Part shown: positions 18,637 through 28,105 of the stretch, piece by piece
Position numbering within the stretch: position 1 is the stretch's first letter
Layout: every line of letters begins with the position of its first letter
From: Bradymonadia bacterium
GTDB taxonomy: Bacteria > Myxococcota_A > Bradymonadia > UBA7976 > UBA1532
NCBI GenBank assembly: GCA_046290225.1
Contig: JBKAGE010000014.1
Location: 1 to 43,550 of the forward strand
Length of the DNA stretch: 43,550 bases
Direction: 5' to 3'
The notes under the pieces: model-generated
Database searches by the model: none
Seen by the model: the letters and a program-made list of their open reading frames with translations, nothing else
Told to the model about the DNA's origin: nothing
Translations under genes and position numbers: made by a program

Positions 18637-21600
18637 TCACCACGGGGCACGATCACAATACTCGTAGGCCAGCTTGCCTGAGGCGCCGCATTTTTCTGGA
18701 TCGCTCGAAGGTCCGCTGTCTCGCTCGGCGCGATCGTAGATGGTGTCCATGGTGTCGTGGGTCAGCTGGGCGCCATCGTCCGTGCCCCACTCGAAGGGGC
18801 CGATGTTGCCCTTGATGTTGGCACCGAGGCCACAGTCGGCGTCCCAGTGCAGCTCGCCATCCAACCCGAGAGGGCCACACCCCCAGCCCAGTTCACCCTT
18901 GAGGCGGTTCTTCTCGCCATCGAGACCGCCGATGGGGTTGAGCTCGATGCCGGCGCCATACCCGGCGCCGAACTCGCTGCAGAGTGAGAACCCGTCTTCG
19001 GTGAAGCAGGCTTTGAGACCACCACCAAGACCAAAGTAGAAGTCACCACCTACACAGAACAGCCCCGTGGGATCTCGCCAGTCCACGGGGTTGTTGTGCA
19101 CATAGGCGTAGAGGTTGAACTGCCCACCGTCGAAGAGCATGGGATCACGCATGGTCCAGCGCCCGGCGCGGGGCGCGTAGTCGCGGAACAAGAAGTGCGT
19201 CCACCCTGTCTCCTCGTCGGGCAGCCCCCCAGCGAAGCCCACGGGCAGCTCGAAGTCGCCAACATCGGCGGTGATTTCACCGAAAGCCGTCCACTCAAGG
19301 CGACGCATCGACTCGCCCTCTGCGCTCACGACCATGAGTGGACTCCCGCGATGGTCTGTGAGCACCGCGAAGACTGAGCCGCCGCGGATCACGGCGAGCA
19401 GATGGCCGGTGTCGGGGTGATGGATCAACCGATCCCACGAGCCGCCATCTCGTTGATGGTGCGTGGGGGTGAACGGAGACCAGGGATTGGCATAGAGCCA
19501 CCGTTGTGTCTCGCCGTCGGTCCACCGTGAGGTGCGGCGACCCAGGGGATCGACGCCATATCGGACGATGGGGGCTTCACCCCGCTGAGCGCTCAGGAGG
19601 TGCCCTTGAGTGTCGTAGTGCACCGCGAGATCACCCTGGGCGACGAGATGGCCATCTGCGTCGTACGTCGACGCCGCGCCGTCGAGCTCAAGCAGCCGGT
19701 CTGCAGCGTCGTAGAGCGCGAGGTTGGGGCGGAAGATACCGTCTCGGATCGCCCCCGTGCGGTTGCCGTCTTCATCGTAGGCATAGCGTTCGAGCTCGAG
19801 ATCACCCGCACGCACGGCGAGCAGCTGATCGTCTGCGTCCCGTTCGAATGTACGTTGCCGAGGGCCCTCTCCGAGGTCTTCAGTGATCGAGGCGATGCGC
19901 CCGGCTGCGTCTCGACTCAGTGTGCGCCGGCATCGCTCTACACCGCCTGCGCTCAAGATCACTGTGTGTGGGCGCCCTTGATCGTCGAGGGTGAAGTCCC
20001 AGCGGAAGCCCGCCCCTTCGATGGTGGTGATCTCTCGGGCCGCGCCGCCTCGCGTATAGGTCAACGGGCCCTCTCCGACGAGCCGCCCGTCACCATCGAA
20101 GGTCCAGCTCTCGGTCCAGGTCGTGTCACCGGCATCGAGTGTGCGCTCTGTGGGCATCATGTCATCGTCGAAGGTGTAATCGACTGCGGCGATCACCGCA
20201 CCTGGATGATCCGGGCTCGGGCTGGTGAGGCTGAAGCCGGTGAGCAGGCCGCCGTCTCTGCGAAACGTCATGTGCTGGATCGGCCAGGCGTCGTCTGCGG
20301 GGACTCGGCTCAGACGTTGGGGGCGATCAGTGAGATCGGGGTATTGGACTTCGATGGTCGCTTCGGGCGTGACCGTGCGGTGCCAGCGACCATGATCGTC
20401 CAGGGTGCGCTCTAGGCGACGGCCACCAGGGAAGAGATACCCCTGCCAGCGTCGAGCGGCGGTGTACGTGCGGGTCAGCCCCGGAGCGTCTCCTGGAGGA
20501 TCGTATCCAGCGAGGCGCCCACGTCCGTCGTAGCGCAGCGTGTGTACATCACCGCTCGGTGTGTCGATGTCGGTGAGCAGACCCCGGGCGTTTCGTGCAT
20601 AGCGCAAGGTGCGCCCACTGGGCAGAGTACCTGCAAGGGGGCGCCCTGAGGCATCATGCTGTTGCGTCCGTTCGCGTTCGAGGCCGTCGGTCACCGTGAT
20701 TGTGTCTTCGGTGTAGGCGTATTCGGTGGTCACTTCGCCGAGGGTGGCCGAGGTGAGTCGCCCGCTGTCGTCATAGCTCAATTGCAGAGGGGGTCGATCA
20801 CCCACCTGACGGTTGCGAAGGCGGCGATGTACGGAATATCGGCTCGTCTGCACCACGCCCTCGGCGCTGGTGCGTGTCTCCGTGAGCGTCTCCGGATCCC
20901 ACACGTGGGTGGTGGTGGCGCCCTGAGTGGTGGTGAGCGTGGTGCGGCGTGTGGGTGCCATGGGGTGCTCGGGATCAGGTGGCTCGACCTGCCGCTCGCG
21001 GTTCACTGTCAGACGGCGGCCCCCTGGGGTGATCGTCACCATCTCGGAGATGTAAGCGCGCTGAGCCCCCCACTGAGGATCAGGTGAATAGGTGATCTCG
21101 GTGATGGTGCCGTCGGGGTGGGTGGCCCGGTGGCGACCATCCGGGAGAATCTCCACCAGAGACAAGGCGCCGCTGTCGTTGATGACCGTGCGCCGCTGCT
21201 GACCGTCAGGATCCACCCCACCGATGTAGTCAGTGACGTGTCCTTCACCGTCGGTCACCCGCACGTGCCGGTGCCCTGACTCCTCGATGAGGGTGAGGGT
21301 GGTGGTGCCGTCCTCCGGATCGACATCTTCCACGAGACGCCCCACGGCGTCATAGCGGTAGCGGTGACGGCCGCCGCCGGGATCTTGCATCTCGACGAGC
21401 TGTCCCGTGGCGACATCCCAGCGCAGATCGTACTGCCCTTCGGGGCCGTTGAGCGTGATCACGCGGCCGAGGGGCCCCAGGGCCACCGTCGTGTGGTGTC
21501 CGCTGGCGACGAAGCCCGTGAGGTCGCCTGCATCGTCGCGGAGCACCAGCACATCGGGGCCTCTGGCCGCCCTCACCGCACTCAGGCGGCCATCGTCGTC

Positions 21601-24600
21601 ATACTCGAAGTGGCGGATGGTCTCCCCAGTGAACAGATCCCGAGTCTGCAGGTGGCGACCTGCGGGGGTGAAGACGTGCTCGACGCCGCCATCGGCGACC
21701 ACGCTCTCGCCGACGATCCGGTTCACGCCTCGTCGACGTTCGACGATCCAGACTGTGCTGCCGAAGAACCCTGCGGGGGTGACGACCGCCAGCCGCCCGT
21801 CGGGCAGTACGGCAAGACCCTGTACGTTGATCAGAGGGGTACGCAGCGCGTTGCCCGACTCACCTACAGCATGCACGGGCACATCGAAGGGTCCGGCCTC
21901 GCGGCCGTCGGGATCTGTATCGCCGAAGGCGGGCTGAAAGAGACCCGAGCGACTCACATGGCCGACATACTGGCTGGTGGAGCTGGCGAAGAACACACCG
22001 CCGTCGCCGTCGCAGGCGAGGAGCTCTGGTGTATGGATCGCCACCTCGGTGGCAGGGCCCCAGAGGGTGGTGGCTCTGCGGGGGCCCTGGACGCCTGTCC
22101 CGGCGAAGAGATGGGCGATGCCCTCGGCGTCGACGCGCACGATGCGGTGGTTGAGGCTGTCAGCGATGAAGACATCGTCACCACAGGCGGCGACCCCCGT
22201 GGGGCCTCGAAGCGCCACCTCTGTCGCGGGGCGATCCAACGCCCCCAAGGCCGCCGCGCCGGTGCCCGCGAAGGTCTCCACCACCCCATCCGGGCGAATG
22301 ATGCGCACCCGGTGGTACAGACGCTCGGGGACATAGATCGTCTGGTCAGGCCCCACGGCCAGCTGCTTGCCGTCCCCGAAGCGTGCTTGCTGGGCCGAGA
22401 CGCCATCACCTCCATCTTCATCTTCGAGGGCGAGCTCCAGACCGCTGAGCCATCGATGATCTGGCCCCACTGCACCCTCGAAGGGCCCAAGAGCCGCGAC
22501 GCCTTCGCCGCGGGCGGTTCGGCTGCGTACCATGAGCTGCCCGGTGACGGGATCGAGGGCCGCGCCCTGTACATCGAGCCCTGCGGGGCCCTCCAATGTT
22601 TCTCCTGAGAACCGGACTTGAAGCGGTGGGGGCGCCACTGTGTCGATGGCTTCGGAGGTCACGTCGAGCAGAGACTGCTGATAGAACACCGTGAGCCGGC
22701 CATCAGGTCGGCCCACCATGCCAGTCACGCCCGTGGGCAGATCAGCGGCGCGCCTCACGCCGATGATGCCCCGAGCCTCCAGGCTCTCCTGGGTGCCGTC
22801 CCCGCGGACCAGCAGGGCATCATCCACATAGCGGTGAAGCACGCTCAGACCGAGGCCGCCTTCCAAGGGCGGCCGACCACGACCGAGCACTCGGTGGTGG
22901 GTCTCCCGGAGGGTGATCTCCTGGGTGTCTCTCACGTTTTCGAACACGGTCTCGCCGCTCACTGCGGCGAAGGCGCGCTCGAAGTCCTGCGAGGCGCTGT
23001 AGTAGACCAGGGGGTAGATGAAGTCCACGTGCAGCCGGGCATCCGTCGGTCGCTGTAGTACCTGACCGAAGCCGTCTCGCCCGTCCCATTGAAAGGTGTG
23101 GGTCAACCCTGCCTGAGGCGCGTAGCGGCGCACGAAGGATCGACCGGCGACCTCCACCGTGATCTCGATCGCTTGCAGCGCTTCTGGGATCTCATCCTCC
23201 AGAAGCGGCACGTCGAGGTGATAGTCCCCGCCGCGGCCCGGATCGAAGTCGCTGCGATAGGTCAGCGTGATCTCTGAGCCGGCGATGGGGAAGTGCTCTC
23301 CGAGGGCTTGCTGATCGCAGTAGATGATCGAGCCGTCTTCTTCACACGGATCCGTGACGCGATCAGGGGCCGATGGGGCCATGCTCGGGCGCTCGGCTCC
23401 TTCTGGTGGGCCAAAGGGCCAGTTGAAATCCCATGGCGTGAAGTGGGGGATCGGCGAGCGCCACAGCGAGGTGCCGGGGGCATACAGTGTCGCCAGCTCT
23501 GCCCGCTCGGTGTCGGTGATGCCGAGGGCGCTCAGGGCGTCATCTGTGTCCGCTGCCCCATCACCATCAATGTCGAGATCAGCGAGATCGTCGGTGTGAC
23601 CTATGACGGCGATCACGCGGCCGTTGTCCGAGGGCACCCAGACACCACGGCTGCGATCGTAATAGCCCACCGGCACGATCTCCCCCACGGGGAAGCCGAG
23701 GTAGTTCTCCACGTAGTAGTAGAGCGGCCGGTCGAACTCCACCCGGGTTGCGCCCGACGCCAGCGCGGCATCGACACTCATCTCTACGGCGTGGGTATAG
23801 GCACTCGTCGGTGGCAGGCGCCCCGGCATGGCTGCCGGACCGTCTTCCGCCACAGTGTACTCGGTGATGCGGATCACCCCTTCCTCAAGAGGCTGTCGGG
23901 TGCCGTCGGCCATCACCAGCGTGCCCTGAACCGCCGGGGGCATCAGCAGCGTCGGTGTGCGGGCCCCATCTTCATCTTCCACGGTCGACCCCTGGGCCAC
24001 CTGCGGCTCTGCATGGTCGAAGATCACCGGGTTGGCCACAGCGTCGAGTGGGGTCAACGCGATGGGCTCAGCGAGGGCAAAGTCGTGCCACCGCGCCTCC
24101 ACGGTGCGATCGACGGGCAGGTAGCCCGGAGCGGTGACGCGGATGCGCACCAGACCACCACCATTCACCGCCAGGTCGAAGTCGCCATCAGCATCAGTGA
24201 GGGTCCAACCCACGTCGGGATCAGAGGGTTGTTCTACGCGAGCGCCGGCGAAGGCTGCTCCACCCGCTACAATGACGTGCCCACGCACCACGGCCAGACG
24301 ATCAGTGTCGAGGGCATCGGGCATGACCTCCAGCTGAGAGGCTTCAGGGCCCTCGAACAAGAATGAGACCTCGTCGACAAGGCCCACGGGCCCTTGAGGG
24401 TCAGGCAGGTCATCGACCACTTCGGGATCCATGGGCTCAGCAACCGGGCATGGCGGACAGGGGCCACCACAATCCACTGCAAGCTCTCCATGGATGGGGG
24501 ACCATATGCCGTCTGCGCAGACATCAACGGGCGCAGCGTCCGGGGTGTCGGCGTCTGGTACTTCTGGATCGGGCAGCTCAGCATCAGCCAGCTCGGCATC

Positions 24601-25026
24601 AGGCTGCCCGACGTCGGGCTGTTCGGCGTCTGGCACGTCTGCGTCAGGGTCTTCGGGGGGCGTTTGAGCGTCCTCGATACTCCCGTCTGGCGCCAGCAGC
24701 CCCTCATCCTGATCAGGGAAGTCCGCATCGGGCCGCCCTACATCAGGTATCTCTGCATCAGGTATCTCTGCATCAGGCACCTCGGCATCGATGGTGTCCG
24801 AGTCGGGCAGTGATGGCTGCGCGTCCACCTCTGCCTCCACCCCCTCATCGTGAGGGCTGACTGTGGCATCAGGCTCGGCTGTCTCCGCATCTCGAGTCGC
24901 AGAGACCTCGGCGTCAGCCGTCAGCACCGCGCTGTCTGGAGATGCTGGAGCGGAGCTCCCGTCGTCTCCACACCCGGTCAGGACAAGGATCAGCCCACAC
25001 CATAAAGCCCACTGATAAGTCCGCAT
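18637..25026 (-). CDS. Teneurin-like RHS/YD-repeat lipoprotein with NHL beta-propeller
   Basis: Lipobox LTGC; acidic PDAE repeats; DCGGPCPPC; HFTPWDFNWP; FQWDGRDGFG; NHL repeats (FIADSLNHRI, FAGTG); many YD repeats; RHS core RDYAPRAGRWTMRDP...NLYAYVHNNPVDWRDPTG. Confidence 0.92.
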   Translation of the reverse strand: MRTYQWALWCGLILVLTGCGDDGSSAPASPDSAVLTADAEVSATRDAETAEPDATVSPHDEGVEAEVDAQPSLPDSDTIDAEVPDAEIPDAEIPDVGRPDADFPDQDEGLLAPDGSIEDAQTPPEDPDADVPDAEQPDVGQPDAELADAELPDPEVPDADTPDAAPVDVCADGIWSPIHGELAVDCGGPCPPCPVAEPMDPEVVDDLPDPQGPVGLVDEVSFLFEGPEASQLEVMPDALDTDRLAVVRGHVIVAGGAAFAGARVEQPSDPDVGWTLTDADGDFDLAVNGGGLVRIRVTAPGYLPVDRTVEARWHDFALAEPIALTPLDAVANPVIFDHAEPQVAQGSTVEDEDGARTPTLLMPPAVQGTLVMADGTRQPLEEGVIRITEYTVAEDGPAAMPGRLPPTSAYTHAVEMSVDAALASGATRVEFDRPLYYYVENYLGFPVGEIVPVGYYDRSRGVWVPSDNGRVIAVIGHTDDLADLDIDGDGAADTDDALSALGITDTERAELATLYAPGTSLWRSPIPHFTPWDFNWPFGPPEGAERPSMAPSAPDRVTDPCEEDGSIIYCDQQALGEHFPIAGSEITLTYRSDFDPGRGGDYHLDVPLLEDEIPEALQAIEITVEVAGRSFVRRYAPQAGLTHTFQWDGRDGFGQVLQRPTDARLHVDFIYPLVYYSASQDFERAFAAVSGETVFENVRDTQEITLRETHHRVLGRGRPPLEGGLGLSVLHRYVDDALLVRGDGTQESLEARGIIGVRRAADLPTGVTGMVGRPDGRLTVFYQQSLLDVTSEAIDTVAPPPLQVRFSGETLEGPAGLDVQGAALDPVTGQLMVRSRTARGEGVAALGPFEGAVGPDHRWLSGLELALEDEDGGDGVSAQQARFGDGKQLAVGPDQTIYVPERLYHRVRIIRPDGVVETFAGTGAAALGALDRPATEVALRGPTGVAACGDDVFIADSLNHRIVRVDAEGIAHLFAGTGVQGPRRATTLWGPATEVAIHTPELLACDGDGGVFFASSTSQYVGHVSRSGLFQPAFGDTDPDGREAGPFDVPVHAVGESGNALRTPLINVQGLAVLPDGRLAVVTPAGFFGSTVWIVERRRGVNRIVGESVVADGGVEHVFTPAGRHLQTRDLFTGETIRHFEYDDDGRLSAVRAARGPDVLVLRDDAGDLTGFVASGHHTTVALGPLGRVITLNGPEGQYDLRWDVATGQLVEMQDPGGGRHRYRYDAVGRLVEDVDPEDGTTTLTLIEESGHRHVRVTDGEGHVTDYIGGVDPDGQQRRTVINDSGALSLVEILPDGRHRATHPDGTITEITYSPDPQWGAQRAYISEMVTITPGGRRLTVNRERQVEPPDPEHPMAPTRRTTLTTTQGATTTHVWDPETLTETRTSAEGVVQTSRYSVHRRLRNRQVGDRPPLQLSYDDSGRLTSATLGEVTTEYAYTEDTITVTDGLERERTQQHDASGRPLAGTLPSGRTLRYARNARGLLTDIDTPSGDVHTLRYDGRGRLAGYDPPGDAPGLTRTYTAARRWQGYLFPGGRRLERTLDDHGRWHRTVTPEATIEVQYPDLTDRPQRLSRVPADDAWPIQHMTFRRDGGLLTGFSLTSPSPDHPGAVIAAVDYTFDDDMMPTERTLDAGDTTWTESWTFDGDGRLVGEGPLTYTRGGAAREITTIEGAGFRWDFTLDDQGRPHTVILSAGGVERCRRTLSRDAAGRIASITEDLGEGPRQRTFERDADDQLLAVRAGDLELERYAYDEDGNRTGAIRDGIFRPNLALYDAADRLLELDGAASTYDADGHLVAQGDLAVHYDTQGHLLSAQRGEAPIVRYGVDPLGRRTSRWTDGETQRWLYANPWSPFTPTHHQRDGGSWDRLIHHPDTGHLLAVIRGGSVFAVLTDHRGSPLMVVSAEGESMRRLEWTAFGEITADVGDFELPVGFAGGLPDEETGWTHFLFRDYAPRAGRWTMRDPMLFDGGQFNLYAYVHNNPVDWRDPTGLFCVGGDFYFGLGGGLKACFTEDGFSLCSEFGAGYGAGIELNPIGGLDGEKNRLKGELGWGCGPLGLDGELHWDADCGLGANIKGNIGPFEWGTDDGAQLTHDTMDTIYDRAERDSGPSSDPEKCGASGKLAYEYCDRAPW
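24741..24777 (-). repeat. 15-bp tandem repeat encoding PDAEI units in the RHS protein stalk
   Basis: catcaggtatctctg repeated about 2.5 times. Confidence 0.75.
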
Positions 25027-25304
25027 GTGTGTCGCCTGTCTCCTTACACCACGAAGGTGAAGTCGACCGTGTGGGGTGGGTGGTCAAGCGGGAGTCACTG
25101 AAGACCCACCTTTTCGACGGATGTGGTGGTGTGTTTTTGCTTTCATAAACAGCCGTTTGGCTGCATTGGCGCCGCGCAGGGCCTTCAAAGGTGCCTCGAT
25201 GGCGGGAACACCAGCCCCTGCGTGGTGTCTCAACTGCACCCGGGCGTTCAAACCTCCATCCACCGGCGCCGATGGAGCAGGAGCGTTTGGGAAGGCGACC
25301 ATAC

Positions 25305-26636
25305 ATGGTGCGATGGCAACAAATCGTGGTGACGTACTGCGTCGTGATGGCGGCGCTCGGCTGTAGCGAGCCCGAGGCCCCCAAGCTCGTCGAGGGCACC
25401 GTCTATGTCGTGCCCATCGGTCACGTGCCTCGAGCAGAGGTGGAGCGCGCAGCCAAGGCGCTCACCATGGAGACCGGCCGACCCGCCCGAATTCTGAATC
25501 GCCAGCCCCTACCTCACTCGACGCGATCCGAGGTGGGCCAGTATCCCGTGTGGCCCTTGCTCGATCAGCTGCTGGACACCGCCCCCGTGGACACTTTCCG
25601 CATTCTCGGGGTCACCGATGTCGATCTGAGCGCGCCGGGCTACCGTTATGTGATCGGATACGCCCGTCACAGCGAGCGTGCGCTGGTGTACTCCACCGCC
25701 CGAGTGCCTCAAGAGATCTCCGAGACGACGCGGCGGCGATGGATTCAGCGCATCGTGGCCCACGAGCTCGGCCACACCTACGGCGCTGATCACTGCAGCA
25801 AGCACTGCATCATGCGCACCACCCGTACGGTGCACGACATCGAATATCTGCCCAACGCCTACTGCCCCGAGCATCAACTCGTCGTCGACGCTGGCAGGAA
25901 GCTCAACCCGGGCGATCCGACCGCTCTGGCGCAGATGGCCCGGGAGTACGTTCGTCTGGGCCGCTGGTCCGAGGCCACCAAAACCTACAAGTCATCTCTG
26001 CTCGCTGAGCCGGAGCAGCCTCGACTCTATGTCGAGCTGGGCATCAGCCTCATGGCGCAGGGCCGTCTAAAGAACGCCGTGCGTGCCTTCGAGGCAGCCA
26101 CCCGAATGGAGCCCGAGGCCCCCCAGGCCTACTATGCCCTGGCGGTCCTCTTCGCTGCTGGATACGCCCCCTGGCGTGCGCCGGCCTATCTCGAGGCGGC
26201 AGTCCGTCGCGATCTGAACCCCAAGCGGGCCCACCGCGCCGCTGGGATCCTCTACACCGATTTGCTGCACGACGAAGAGGCGGCCACCCGTCACTTCGAG
26301 CACTACATCCAGAAGGGTGGCAGGGACGCCGATGTCATCGCTCGCCTCGTCTACATGGTGAGCCCGACGGTGATCACCATCGAGCAGCCGGAGACCATCG
26401 TGGCCCAATGGGAGCCGGGTCGGGGTCTGAAGGTGGCCGCGCTCGACCTCGATGAAGGCGCCCCCGTCGATGATGTTGAGCACACACCTTCAGAAGAGTC
26501 CGCGTGTCATCACGATCACGGCGCGAGCACCCACGGCGCCGGCCTCGCGGTGGGTGTGCCGGATACGATGCCGGAGTTCGGTGTGCAACTCTCTGCTGCG
26601 CTCGAGGCCGCCCGAGCAGGTGGCCATCTGAACTGA
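25305..26636 (+). CDS. Archaemetzincin-like (M54) Zn metalloprotease fused to TPR repeats, lipoprotein
   Basis: Lipobox ALGC; HELGHTYGADHC...CIM...YCPEH zinc/Cys motif; TPR-like helices follow. Confidence 0.85.
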   Translation: MVRWQQIVVTYCVVMAALGCSEPEAPKLVEGTVYVVPIGHVPRAEVERAAKALTMETGRPARILNRQPLPHSTRSEVGQYPVWPLLDQLLDTAPVDTFRILGVTDVDLSAPGYRYVIGYARHSERALVYSTARVPQEISETTRRRWIQRIVAHELGHTYGADHCSKHCIMRTTRTVHDIEYLPNAYCPEHQLVVDAGRKLNPGDPTALAQMAREYVRLGRWSEATKTYKSSLLAEPEQPRLYVELGISLMAQGRLKNAVRAFEAATRMEPEAPQAYYALAVLFAAGYAPWRAPAYLEAAVRRDLNPKRAHRAAGILYTDLLHDEEAATRHFEHYIQKGGRDADVIARLVYMVSPTVITIEQPETIVAQWEPGRGLKVAALDLDEGAPVDDVEHTPSEESACHHDHGASTHGAGLAVGVPDTMPEFGVQLSAALEAARAGGHLN

Positions 26637-26819
26637 GTGCCAGGCCCGGTCTGGGGCGCCCTCAGGTCGTGCGTCAGGCTGCTCTGGCCTACATATGCTC
26701 GTGTGGTGGTGTGCTGATTCGGCACCGCCGAGACCAGCCCCGCTTCCCTTACCCCCCTCTTCTGACTACACTGCGCACCGTTTTGCCTCATCTCAACCTG
26801 CATCGAAGGGATCTCGGAC

Positions 26820-27914
26820 ATGTCCGAATTTTCCGACAGCCTCATCAGCCGCCTGAACAACCTCCAGAACCAGTACGGCGTGTACTTCGCCGGTCACGCG
26901 CGCATTACGCGTGACATCGGCATCATGGACAACCTCATCGAGCAGGCCGCCGGGCTGCTCAGCGAGGCCAAGCTCCGCATGGGCGACGCCGACGCGCAGA
27001 GCGCGGCGAAGGCCATCGACGAGGCCCTGAACATGTACCGCAACGAGCGGGAGGCCATCGCCAAGGCTCAGGCCGAGGGGGGCGACGACGCCGTCGAGGC
27101 GCAGATGCTCATGCAGTGGGCCTCTTTCGGCTACCACGTCTACCGCCGCCACTTCGCCGGCCACTCCCGGAGCACCCGCGATCTGGGCCTGCTCGGAGAG
27201 ACGATCGAAGATCTGACCCGCCTTCAGGGTGAGATGGGCGCCCTGGCCGAGGAGATGGAGCAGGCTGATCAGCCCTTCGCCAACGCCCGGGAGACCCTGG
27301 CCCGCAACCTCGAGGTCTACAAGAAGGAGCGCGGCGAGATCGTCGCCGCCCGCGGCGCTGGCTCCCTGGAGCAGCAGTCCGACGTGCTCGCTCAGGTGGC
27401 CAACGAGCAGTTCGGCCTCTACCAGGCCCACTTCGCCGGCAAGCCCCGCATCTCCCGCCGCCCGGGCACTTTGCAGCGCATCATCGACAACCTGACCCAG
27501 ATCAAGGATCGCATGGAGACCCTGAAGCAGCAGGGCCTGCGCTCCGAGGCGAACGATCGCAACATCGGCATCGTGGAGAACCGCCTGGGCTTCTACACCA
27601 AGGAGCTCGAAGAGGTGCGCCAGGTGCGCCAGGACACCCGCTTCGAGGATCTGGTGGGGGCCCTGGGCGCTGGCGCCAACGCGGTCTTCGAGATCTACTC
27701 GAAGAACTTCGCCGGTCAGGATCGAGGCACCCGCGACATCGCCCTGATGCGCACCCTCTGTGACGAGCTGTACGACATCGGCCGCCAGATGGAGGAGATG
27801 AGCCGGGTGAAGGACAACAACCAGAACGGCCACAACCTGATGACGGTGACCGACAACCTGGTGATGTACACCCGCGAGTACGACATGATCCTTGAGGCTC
27901 AGCCGAGCAAGTAA
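26820..27914 (+). CDS. Alpha-helical hypothetical protein with four internal repeats
   Basis: Strong codon bias; four copies of YxxxFAGxxRx(T/S)R about 85 aa apart. Confidence 0.85.
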   Translation: MSEFSDSLISRLNNLQNQYGVYFAGHARITRDIGIMDNLIEQAAGLLSEAKLRMGDADAQSAAKAIDEALNMYRNEREAIAKAQAEGGDDAVEAQMLMQWASFGYHVYRRHFAGHSRSTRDLGLLGETIEDLTRLQGEMGALAEEMEQADQPFANARETLARNLEVYKKERGEIVAARGAGSLEQQSDVLAQVANEQFGLYQAHFAGKPRISRRPGTLQRIIDNLTQIKDRMETLKQQGLRSEANDRNIGIVENRLGFYTKELEEVRQVRQDTRFEDLVGALGAGANAVFEIYSKNFAGQDRGTRDIALMRTLCDELYDIGRQMEEMSRVKDNNQNGHNLMTVTDNLVMYTREYDMILEAQPSK

Positions 27915-27994
27915 GGGATCTATGGCATTCCGCTGTATTCTGCCGCAGTGAAGCGGCGTCCTCAGCTCACATCTTGTTGGGGCTGGCACCTGAA

Positions 27995-28067
27995 GGTGCC
28001 CCCGATGGGACTCGAACCCACATCCAGCGATTTAGAGTCGCCCGCTCGGCCATTGAGCTACGGGGGC
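27995..28067 (-). tRNA. tRNA with CUA anticodon (amber suppressor type), amino-acid identity undetermined
   Basis: Acceptor GCCCCCG/CGGGGGC; D arm GCUC-AAUGGCC-GAGC; anticodon arm GGCGA-CUCUAAA-UCGCU; 4-nt variable loop; T arm GUGGG-UUCGAGU-CCCAU; discriminator A then CC(U). Confidence 0.9.
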
Positions 28068-28069
28068 AC

Positions 28070-28098
28070 AAGGCTGGGGCATTTTGTGCCCCAGCCTT
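28070..28098 (-). other. 12-bp hairpin immediately 5' of the tRNA
   Basis: aaggctggggca (28070-28081) / tgccccagcctt (28087-28098), 5-nt loop. Confidence 0.7.
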
Positions 28099-28105
28099 TG
28101 GTGTA

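Noticed and set aside
25027..25304. Riboswitch in the RHS/protease intergenic region
   Set aside because: Only short, ambiguous complementarities and no recognisable aptamer consensus.
28026..28042. Reading the anticodon as UCU (tRNA-Arg)
   Set aside because: Shifting the register by one breaks the anticodon stem and puts C at position 33; A20 is also absent.
27995..28067. tRNA-Pyl / pyrrolysine system
   Set aside because: Canonical D and T loops, 5-bp anticodon stem and 4-nt variable loop; no pylS/pylBCD in the window.
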